Shown here piece after piece: positions 49,322-57,416 of a DNA stretch of 64,000 nucleotides (the stretch's first letter is position 1; every line of letters starts with the position of its first letter). The notes under the pieces are model-generated. The model saw only the letters and a program-made list of their open reading frames with translations. It had not been told where the DNA came from and ran no database searches. The DNA is from Candidatus Saccharimonadia bacterium (GTDB taxonomy: Bacteria > Patescibacteriota > Saccharimonadia > Saccharimonadales > JALRHH01), in contig JALRHH010000002.1 of NCBI GenBank assembly GCA_023253175.1, forward strand, positions 256,199 to 320,198, written 5' to 3'. Position numbers and translations under genes: made by a program.

Positions 49322-49666
49322 ATGATTGAAAATCTAAAAAATATTGGCGAAGCGGCGGCTGCAGATTATGAAGATCACTGGCAGAGAGCTTTTGAGCTTG
49401 CTTCTTCTCGAGAGAATGTTGAGCATCCAGAGCGTTCAAAAGCCCGTGGCATTACTCTTAGCGAAGAGGCAGCGCGGATATTACTTGGCCGCGTAGAAGG
49501 CTACTACGAAGATCAGTTTTTGGATTCTCGTCAGTTTCTGGATACTTACAGGCAGGAACTTTATGATCTTGCACTAATTGAGGCACACCTTGATGGCGTG
49601 ACGATCAATGTTAGGCAGCCACTAGAGATTGGTCAAAAAGTTGACGCTTCAAGCTCAACTAAGTAG
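49322..49666 (+). CDS. Hypothetical protein
   Basis: TTGACT...TATAAT upstream. Confidence 0.55.
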   Translation: MIENLKNIGEAAAADYEDHWQRAFELASSRENVEHPERSKARGITLSEEAARILLGRVEGYYEDQFLDSRQFLDTYRQELYDLALIEAHLDGVTINVRQPLEIGQKVDASSSTK

Positions 49667-49682
49667 TAATTTCAATGTTATT

Positions 49683-49710
49683 AAAAAGGACCGGTGATCC
49701 GGTCCTTTTT
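49683..49710. terminator. Bidirectional intrinsic terminator
   Basis: aaaaggaccgg-tgat-ccggtccttttt. Confidence 0.85.
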
Positions 49711-49727
49711 AGTTTAATCAGAAATGA

Positions 49728-50117
49728 TTATTTCTTAGCTGCTGGCTTTTTTGCCGGTGCTTTTTTAGCAGCAGGCTTCTTAGCGGGAGCTTTCTTTACT
49801 GCAGGCTTAGCAGCTGCGGTAGTCTTCTTAGCTGCTGGCTTTGCTGCGGCTTTCTTGGTACCGGTAGCTGGCTTAACGCCTGCCTTTTTAGCTGTGCTTG
49901 CGAGCTGACTCTTCTTGCGTGCAGCCTTTTTCTTGCTGATTACACCCTTCTTAACAGCCTTGTCGAGGTTGCTCTGAGCTGCTGACTGAGTCTTTGCTGC
50001 TGGCTTTGCGACAAAAGCCTTAAGAGCGGTCTTTAGTGAACGCTTGGTCTTTACGTTACGAACAGTTGCTTTACGTGCAACCTTTACGCGCTTTTTTGCT
50101 GACTTGATAATTGGCAT
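49728..50117 (-). CDS. rpsT: 30S ribosomal protein S20 with KKPAA-repeat tail
   Basis: MPIIKSAKKRV...LDKAVKKGVI.KKKAARKKSQL. Confidence 0.93.
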   Translation of the reverse strand: MPIIKSAKKRVKVARKATVRNVKTKRSLKTALKAFVAKPAAKTQSAAQSNLDKAVKKGVISKKKAARKKSQLASTAKKAGVKPATGTKKAAAKPAAKKTTAAAKPAVKKAPAKKPAAKKAPAKKPAAKK

Positions 50118-50256
50118 GTGATTCCTTTTTGCTTATGCTTTTATTAATCGTCGAGATTGATCGTATCATTTGGGGTTAGAAAAGTAAAGGGAAGTGCTTG
50201 CATGACCATAAAGGTTATGTTACGATTCGCTACAGAGGTTATAAAAAACAAAAAAC

Positions 50257-52122
50257 ATGGAAAATACCAGAGCACAGCTTCTCGAGCGGCTCCAATCCGC
50301 TAGTAATATTCTTGTAACAGTCAGCAGCAGCCCAAGTGTTGACCAGCTTTCTGCTGCAATTGGTTTGACATTGATGCTCAACCGCGTCGGCAAGCAGGCG
50401 ACTGCGGTGTTTAGCGGTAAAGTTCCATCTACGATTGAGTTCCTACAGCCGGAAAAAACCATCGAAAAGAACACGGACTCTCTCCGTGATTTCATCATTG
50501 CACTTGATAAGTCAAAGGCCGATAAGCTGCGTTACAAGGTAGAGGACGACCACGTCAGGATCTTTATTACTCCGTATCGAACGGCCTTGTCAGAAAAGGA
50601 TCTCAAGTTTAGTCAGGGTGACTTCAATATAGAAGTTATTGTTGCGCTCGGGGTAAAGGACCAAAAGGATCTCGACCGTGCGATTACTGCTCACGGCCGT
50701 ATCCTGCATGATGCCACGACAATTTCTGTGACTAATGGCGAGCCAAGTAGTCTCGGATCGATTGACTGGGATGATGCGCAGGCCAGTGGTCTCAGTGAAA
50801 TGGTCGCTGGACTCGCGAGTGAGCTTGGTCCAAACAGTCTCGATGGACAGGTATCAACGGCACTCTTAACCGGTATTGTCGCTCAGACAGAGCGGTTCAG
50901 GAATGCACGAACACTGCCAGCTACGATGAGCATTAGTTCTGCGCTTATGGCCGCGGGTGCAAACCAGCAACTTATTGCATCCAAGCTAGAACAGGCTGCT
51001 CCTGAAAAAGCTGTCCCTAAATCTTTAACAAAGAAACAAGAGCGCAGTGAAGCACCAGAACCTGAAGCACCGCAGGAAGATCCAAGCGCACTTCGGATTG
51101 CTCATGAAGAAGAGGCGCTGCCAGACACTGTGACATTTGATGAGCCAGCAGAGCCACAGGCGGACGCAGGCCCACAAATAAAGAGTGTGAAAGCATTACC
51201 TGACGATGCTAAGGAGCCAACGCCCTCGGCAGTAAAGGCTGGCCGCGGTTTGGTGCTCGAGCCACCTACGATGGGTAGCAAGCTGACCGCTAATACCGAG
51301 CCAGAACACCTTGATCCTGCGACCGATCCACTTGGTGTTAAGCAAGAAGCGTCGCCGCTACTGTCTCGTAGTTCTGCAGAAGAGCCTGCTCCGACCGAAC
51401 TGCCTCCGCTACAACCTCCAGAAGAAGAGGCTGCCAAGCCAGAACCTGTTGTTCTTCCAGAAGAGACCCCTGAACCAGCACCAATAGTTGCTCCAGAAGA
51501 ACCAGAACTGCCAATTGCAGAACAGAATGACACTGAGGTACAGACGTTGACTGACCTAGAGGCCGCTGTCCGTGATAGCTACGCTGAACCTGTTAATGTA
51601 CAGTCATTTGCGGCGCCTGAACCAGCACCACTTGCTGATATTCAGGAGAGTCCAGCTAACGACGGTATTGATAATGCCCGTGATGCGGTATCTGATGCGC
51701 TTGCATCAATAAGGGCAAGTGAACAGCCGCTGCCTCCGATTGCTGCCCTCAATGCGCAGCCGTTTGATATTAATGATCAGCTTGGTGATCAGGCCTCGCA
51801 GCCGGAATTTACGCTGCCAGCAGCTGATCCGGTGCAACCGTTGGATATTCCAGAGTTTATTCCTCCTGCCGATGAGCCAACCCCAGCAGGCGCGCTTCCT
51901 GATTTCGTGCTGCCAGATGCTCCAGCTCCCGCAGGACAAGATGTTCCATCGCCAGTTGTTGATCCAAATGCACCTCCTGCAGTTCCACCGCCATTTATGC
52001 CGGGTGTAACTGATTTTGGTGGGCAATTGCCACCGATTCCACCGGCCCCGGATGCAGCAAATCCTCAGCAGCCACCGGCAGCGGGCAACATTGGTAACCC
52101 GTTTAATCTTCCTCCTGCCTAG
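50257..52122 (+). CDS. DHH-fold (NrnA-like) protein, degenerate, with long Pro/Glu-rich tail
   Basis: NILVT...PSVD.LSA, STALLTGIV..T..F; the DHH triad itself is not evident. Confidence 0.7.
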   Translation: MENTRAQLLERLQSASNILVTVSSSPSVDQLSAAIGLTLMLNRVGKQATAVFSGKVPSTIEFLQPEKTIEKNTDSLRDFIIALDKSKADKLRYKVEDDHVRIFITPYRTALSEKDLKFSQGDFNIEVIVALGVKDQKDLDRAITAHGRILHDATTISVTNGEPSSLGSIDWDDAQASGLSEMVAGLASELGPNSLDGQVSTALLTGIVAQTERFRNARTLPATMSISSALMAAGANQQLIASKLEQAAPEKAVPKSLTKKQERSEAPEPEAPQEDPSALRIAHEEEALPDTVTFDEPAEPQADAGPQIKSVKALPDDAKEPTPSAVKAGRGLVLEPPTMGSKLTANTEPEHLDPATDPLGVKQEASPLLSRSSAEEPAPTELPPLQPPEEEAAKPEPVVLPEETPEPAPIVAPEEPELPIAEQNDTEVQTLTDLEAAVRDSYAEPVNVQSFAAPEPAPLADIQESPANDGIDNARDAVSDALASIRASEQPLPPIAALNAQPFDINDQLGDQASQPEFTLPAADPVQPLDIPEFIPPADEPTPAGALPDFVLPDAPAPAGQDVPSPVVDPNAPPAVPPPFMPGVTDFGGQLPPIPPAPDAANPQQPPAAGNIGNPFNLPPA

Positions 52123-52166
52123 AACCGAAGTTAGCTATCTATAGCTACCTCTGTTAAGATAAGGTG

Positions 52167-52862
52167 ATGCAACTTCAGGGAATACTACTTGTTGATAAGC
52201 CAAAGACATGGACATCGTTCGATGTGGTTAATTATGTGCGCAGAATTGTAGCAAACGTGAATGGTACAAAGCCGCGGAACACAAAAGTTGGTCACTGCGG
52301 CACACTCGATCCACTCGCGACAGGCCTTTTGGTGCTCGTTGTTGGTAAGGAATACACGCGCCGCGCTGGGGAATTCACTAAGAGAGACAAGATTTACGAA
52401 GTTGAGTTAAAGCTTGGCGAAGTCAGTACGACCGGTGACGCGGAAGGTGAGAAAACAATAGTGTCTGACACCATTCCAGCGGAAAACGCAGTTACAGAGG
52501 CCCTAAGCACGTTTCAGGGCGAAATTATGCAGACGCCGCCGATCTATTCGGCCATGAAGGTGAACGGACAGCGCGCCTACAAGCTTGCTCGCGCGGGTAA
52601 GGAAGTTGAGCTGGAGGCTCGTCTGGTAACGATTCATCAAAATCTACTTACTGGCTACGAGTATCCTAATATCAAATTCACGAGCCATGTCAGCAGCGGC
52701 ACGTATATTCGGAGCCTCGTTGAAGACATCGGGAAAGCACTTGAAACGGGTGCATACATGACGGAGCTGCGCCGTACAAGTATCGGTGATTTCAGCATTA
52801 ATGATGCTGTTTCAGTTGAGAATCTAGATGCCGAAATAATACAAAATAATCTGATTGCATAG
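52167..52862 (+). CDS. truB: tRNA pseudouridine(55) synthase
   Basis: VDKPK.WTSFDVV, KVGHCGTLDPLATG, SSGTYIRSL. Confidence 0.96.
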   Translation: MQLQGILLVDKPKTWTSFDVVNYVRRIVANVNGTKPRNTKVGHCGTLDPLATGLLVLVVGKEYTRRAGEFTKRDKIYEVELKLGEVSTTGDAEGEKTIVSDTIPAENAVTEALSTFQGEIMQTPPIYSAMKVNGQRAYKLARAGKEVELEARLVTIHQNLLTGYEYPNIKFTSHVSSGTYIRSLVEDIGKALETGAYMTELRRTSIGDFSINDAVSVENLDAEIIQNNLIA

Positions 52863-52872
52863 AGAAAATATA

Positions 52873-54528
52873 GTGATTGCAGATATCCAAATTTACGATA
52901 AATCCTACGGTGACAAGACACTCTATAGTGGTCTTGAACTAAAGCTCAATGCTAATGAAAAGGTTGGCCTCGTTGGCCGTAATGGGACAGGCAAAACGAC
53001 CTTGTTCAATATCCTAACAGGCAGCGATACCGACTTCGCGGGCGATGTAAATTTCCGTAAGAATTTGGTTGTGATTGATTCCCGCCAGGAACACCACGGC
53101 TTTGAAGATACGCCAATTTTGGAATACATTCTAGACGATCTACCGGAGTACAGCAGCCTTAAGCACATCCTTGATACCTACCCAGAAACCATGGGCAGCA
53201 GTATGAAAAAAATGGAAGAATATTCTGACGCGCTGGAGCGTTTTACAGTACTGGGTTATTTCGATGTTGAGGAAGAGATCAAGCGCAGCCTCACAGCCTA
53301 TCAGATTAGTGAAGAAAAGCAGCTTGGTACCATTGGACAGTTATCTGGCGGCCAAAAACGGTTTATTGAATTGGTAAAAGTGCAGCACGCAAGAGCTGAC
53401 TTGGCACTGATTGACGAGCCGACCAACCACATGGACTATGTCGCTAAAGAGCTATTTCTTGATTGGTTCAAACCTGTAAAGGAAACAGTCGTAGTTATTA
53501 CGCACGACCGTGATGTCCTGCACCATGTGGATCGTATTGTGGAGATTCGTGATGGCAGGGCATTCGATTTCAAGGGTAACTACGATGATTACCTCCGCAC
53601 CAATGCCACCAAGATTACGGGGCAGGTAAATGAGTACAATGTGACCCAGCGCCGTATCGCTAACCTTAAAGAAAACGTTGTCAGATTCCGGAGGCTTAAG
53701 GAGCGTTCACGTGATCCCGGTACCATCCACCGATTTAAGTCTCTTGAGGAAAAAGCCAAGAAAGAACTGACAGAACTGGAAAAGATGGACAAGCCATCCT
53801 TCTGGATTGACCGCGAATCAGCCAGTAATTTGAACACCAAGATGAGCGAAGCCTACGAAGAGCACAAGGCGCGCAACATTATTATTCGTGCCCGCAAGGC
53901 AGCGACTAAATCGAGCAATCTACTGGTTGATGTTAGCAAGCTCGGCCTCGGCTACGCTGAACCGTTGTTCGAAGATCTTTCATTCCAATTACGGGAAGGA
54001 GAGAAGCTTCGTCTCCATGGTCGTAACGGCGCTGGTAAGACCACGCTGATCAAGGCAATCCTGGCTGCATCAGAGGATACAAAGCCAGAAGCAACCATCT
54101 ACGGCGGTGTTATCGATACACTTCGTGAGCTACGAATCGGTGTCTATGAACAAGAAATCAGTCCAAAATACCTGGACATGAAACTGGGCGCGGCGATTGA
54201 ACACGCACTTATGGCTAAAAATGTGCAGGTGAATGATACCAAGATCAAGCAACTGCTAGGCGACTACTTGTTTAACCCTATGACCGACGGTGATGTGCCA
54301 ATTAGCCGGCTCAGCGGGGGACAGAAAGCTCGCTTCCAATTGATGAACATGCTGGCTAATGACCCGCAGCTTTTGATTCTTGACGAGCCGACCAATCACC
54401 TCGACCTCCCGAGCATCGAGGAGCTAGAAGATGCCCTAAAGCAGTACCACGGCGCCATCATCTACGTTTCTCACGACAGCTACTTCGTCAAAAACCTCGG
54501 CGGCGAAACCATCCAAATCGGAAGTTAA
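52873..54528 (+). CDS. ABC-F family ATPase
   Basis: Two ABC domains (GRNGTGKTT, GRNGAGKTT; LSGGQK; DEPTNH), no TM helices. Confidence 0.92.
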   Translation: MIADIQIYDKSYGDKTLYSGLELKLNANEKVGLVGRNGTGKTTLFNILTGSDTDFAGDVNFRKNLVVIDSRQEHHGFEDTPILEYILDDLPEYSSLKHILDTYPETMGSSMKKMEEYSDALERFTVLGYFDVEEEIKRSLTAYQISEEKQLGTIGQLSGGQKRFIELVKVQHARADLALIDEPTNHMDYVAKELFLDWFKPVKETVVVITHDRDVLHHVDRIVEIRDGRAFDFKGNYDDYLRTNATKITGQVNEYNVTQRRIANLKENVVRFRRLKERSRDPGTIHRFKSLEEKAKKELTELEKMDKPSFWIDRESASNLNTKMSEAYEEHKARNIIIRARKAATKSSNLLVDVSKLGLGYAEPLFEDLSFQLREGEKLRLHGRNGAGKTTLIKAILAASEDTKPEATIYGGVIDTLRELRIGVYEQEISPKYLDMKLGAAIEHALMAKNVQVNDTKIKQLLGDYLFNPMTDGDVPISRLSGGQKARFQLMNMLANDPQLLILDEPTNHLDLPSIEELEDALKQYHGAIIYVSHDSYFVKNLGGETIQIGS

Positions 54529-55319
54529 GCGTATTGATTGTAGAAAGCTTCATCAGCCTGCGCTACTTGTTGCCAGGTGGTGATGCGCCCCTGTTCGATG
54601 TCCTGTAGCAGCGATAGATGAAACAAGTACGCATGTCTCCGTAAGCCACCAAAGAGTAGTTCTGCGCCAGGGTAGGGGTAGCTGTATGTATCAAGAAGTT
54701 GTACCTGTTCCTCTTGAAATGCAGCGAGATCATCTAAAGATGGTGGGAGTTCCTGTGCTTTGTATCCAAGGCGTTCACGGAACAAGTCATGGCCGACACG
54801 TGGTCCATGAGCTGACGCAAGCGCTTCCATGTCAGCGCTTGCGACGCAGGCTGCAATCTGTGCGGATCGCTCATTTGGAAACATAATCTGGCCGTAATAT
54901 TGCAGTAGTCGTCCTTGATCATCCAGCGTACAAACAGTGCTCATAATTGCAAGTTCAGCAATTTCAATATCTTCTGCCGGGAGGTGCATTTCTTGCATAC
55001 GAGTAGTAAGCCATGCGGCGCTTGCAGACTCCGGTAAAATATCATCGATTCTATCGTGGATGACATCGTGTGCGCTCGCAATGGTAGCTGCTAGCGCTTG
55101 ATCGTATGGTGATAACTGCATATCACGAGCAAGGGTGCGAGCTGCGTTTTGTACACGGGTCGTGTGATTCAGATTATGGTACGCCAGATCTCTGACTTCA
55201 GGGCGGATAGAGCCGCTGCCATCACCATAAGCGTGTGCTACTTCTGCAAGCGCTTCATATCCAATAGATTCAATAGCCGAAAGGTGTTCTTGTGATTCCG
55301 GGGGTATCATGTTTTCCAT
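54525..55319 (-). CDS. HD/PDEase-type phosphohydrolase
   Basis: YHNLNHT..V, AHD, SAD motifs. Confidence 0.75.
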   Translation of the reverse strand: MENMIPPESQEHLSAIESIGYEALAEVAHAYGDGSGSIRPEVRDLAYHNLNHTTRVQNAARTLARDMQLSPYDQALAATIASAHDVIHDRIDDILPESASAAWLTTRMQEMHLPAEDIEIAELAIMSTVCTLDDQGRLLQYYGQIMFPNERSAQIAACVASADMEALASAHGPRVGHDLFRERLGYKAQELPPSLDDLAAFQEEQVQLLDTYSYPYPGAELLFGGLRRHAYLFHLSLLQDIEQGRITTWQQVAQADEAFYNQYA

Positions 55320-55412
55320 ATATGCTCCTTATTACGGGTCTATAGTAATGCGTTGTGGTTTCAGCGCATAGTTGTTGTGCAAAAAATGCACAACTTGTAC
55401 TACACTAAAGAC

Positions 55413-56195
55413 ATGAGCCATATTGAAAACATGATAACTCGTTACTTTCAGCAACTGGGATTTACGCCAGAGCATGCACGGTTTTATGCTGCACTTATCG
55501 AACACGGCCCCCAGACACTCTCTGAATTGTCGCGTTCAGCGGAAATAGAGCGAACAAAGCTATATCGTCTATTACCGGAGCTTCAGGCAGCTCATTTGGT
55601 TGTTGTTGACAGCGAATATAAACACGGTATCTTAGAGGCAGCTCCGCTAGATAACCTTGAACTACTTCTCGCGGAGAGAGATAGTGAGCTGCAACTTCTC
55701 AAACAAGAACTCCCACTTCTGAAACAATCATTGCAACCGAGCGTGCAGCAAGATCCCAAAACTAAAATTCAGTTTTACAGAGGAACTTCAGGAATAAAGC
55801 AGATGCTTTGGAACGAAACTGCCGCCACAACTGAAATTATTGGATTACTTCACCAGGGTTTACAGCAGTATACGGGCGCGGTATTTTTTGATCGTTGGGT
55901 AGCAAAATGCAATAGTCGTAGTGTCACAAGCAGAAGTATTGTGAACGAACAATTCTTTGACCAGCAGACCCAGTGGCATCAAACGCACACCAGCACTAAA
56001 CTGCAACATTGGCAGGGAAGACTCATTCCTGTCGACACGTTTGCGATTACTCATAGCATGGTCGTATACGACAATGTCCTAGCTTACTTTAATTGGCAAT
56101 CCGGCGGCGAGGTGTTTGGAGTGGAGCTTCACAACCAGCAGCTCGCTGATACGCAGCGTCAATTCTTTGAGTTACTGTGGGAGCAGGCACGGTAA
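55413..56195 (+). CDS. TrmB family transcriptional regulator
   Basis: LGFTPEHARFY...ELSR...RTKLY wHTH; C-terminal PLD-like sensor (YDNVLA...FFELLW). Confidence 0.85.
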   Translation: MSHIENMITRYFQQLGFTPEHARFYAALIEHGPQTLSELSRSAEIERTKLYRLLPELQAAHLVVVDSEYKHGILEAAPLDNLELLLAERDSELQLLKQELPLLKQSLQPSVQQDPKTKIQFYRGTSGIKQMLWNETAATTEIIGLLHQGLQQYTGAVFFDRWVAKCNSRSVTSRSIVNEQFFDQQTQWHQTHTSTKLQHWQGRLIPVDTFAITHSMVVYDNVLAYFNWQSGGEVFGVELHNQQLADTQRQFFELLWEQAR

Positions 56196-56265
56196 CGATC
56201 CCTAACTGAAATATTGACATTTTAGCGAAAAAATGCTAATGTTTTAGAAGGAAACTAAAACAAAC

Positions 56266-56871
56266 ATGTCAGAAACCTTAGTACCCGAACTGGTCGAAAT
56301 CTCTCGCGAAGCTCAAGACTCACAGGAGCCTGGCGCTGAACGTATTTCAACCGAGACTGCACGCATGGTTGGTGAAAGGGCTACAGAGGCATACTTCCAC
56401 GGCACGACCGCGCAGCTTGAAGTGGGAGACACGATACACCCAGGCGATTATGCAATTATTGATAAGGTTGGTAAGCGCAATGCTTCCGCCACGACCGTGG
56501 AGGCTGTAGCGTGGTCTTATGCAGAATCCAAAGAAACCGTTGGTGGGCCAAGGCCAAGAGTATACGAAGTTGTGCCCGCTGACGGCATGCCCGTGAAAAG
56601 GCTTGGGCCTCAGATGGGCGAGGTGAATAGTCCGGGGTTCAAGGTTGTGGATGTTGTGAATACGCAGCCTGGTCTGCAAGGAACTTTTCCTGAGGTCAAC
56701 TGGAGCCAGTATTCGCCGTATATTAGCGAAAACCACCCGAGGGACCCTCTATGGAAGCCGGAAGCGGAGGTGCTCCGCGAGCCGGAATCACCTGGCCAGC
56801 TAGCACTCGAAGGTCTCGAGGATAAACGACAATTCATGTCCGAGTCCGATAGAAATATTCCGCCAATGTAG
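56266..56871 (+). CDS. Arr-like ADP-ribosyltransferase domain protein
   Basis: YFHGTTAQLEVGDTIHPG, SATT...AWSYA, PRVYEVVP, GEVNS..FKVV. Confidence 0.7.
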   Translation: MSETLVPELVEISREAQDSQEPGAERISTETARMVGERATEAYFHGTTAQLEVGDTIHPGDYAIIDKVGKRNASATTVEAVAWSYAESKETVGGPRPRVYEVVPADGMPVKRLGPQMGEVNSPGFKVVDVVNTQPGLQGTFPEVNWSQYSPYISENHPRDPLWKPEAEVLREPESPGQLALEGLEDKRQFMSESDRNIPPM

Positions 56872-56982
56872 GTGTAGTCTATTTTGTTTGCTTAACAGGG
56901 GCGAGTGTGGTAGAATCGTTGTAACGCCATCGCTGTTATTAGTATCTAGATAGCAGCAAACAATCTAAATTTAAGGAAATAC

Positions 56983-57246
56983 ATGATTTCAACAGACAAG
57001 AAAGCTAAGATCGTCGCTGATCTTCAGAAGGACAAGAAAGACACTGGTTCTCCAGAGGTACAGGTTGGTATTTTGACCGCTCGTATCCAGGAAATTACTG
57101 GTCACCTGCAGACTAACAAGCACGACCACATGGCTCGCCGTGGACTACTGCAAATGGTTGGTCAGCGTAAGCGCCTCCTCAAGTACATCGCTTCTAAGGA
57201 CGGTAAGGGTTACCTCGACCTTAAGAAGAAGCTCGGCATTCGCTAA
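56983..57246 (+). CDS. rpsO: 30S ribosomal protein S15
   Basis: DTGSPEVQV, HDHMARRGLL.MVGQRKRLL.Y. Confidence 0.98.
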   Translation: MISTDKKAKIVADLQKDKKDTGSPEVQVGILTARIQEITGHLQTNKHDHMARRGLLQMVGQRKRLLKYIASKDGKGYLDLKKKLGIR

Positions 57247-57305
57247 TTTGCCCAGACTACTCCCGGATACGCTCCGGGACAAGCTTGTGCACATTTAACC
57301 AAAAA

Positions 57306-57388
57306 GTTTCGCTCCAGAGCCATAGATATACCCCTGCATGCACTTGCAGCACAAGGGCAGCCGTATATCCAACACCCTGTAGCGAAAT
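57306..57388 (+). promoter_or_regulatory. Long hairpin in the rpsO-pnp leader
   Basis: tttcgctccag...gatatac...gtatatc...ctgtagcgaaa nested stems. Confidence 0.6.
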
Positions 57389-57416
57389 CATTTGAAGAAA
57401 GGGTAAGGGATAATAC

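Noticed and set aside
49675..49908. Hydrophobic repeat ORF (FLAAGFF...)
   Set aside because: Antisense shadow of the KKPAA tail of rpsT
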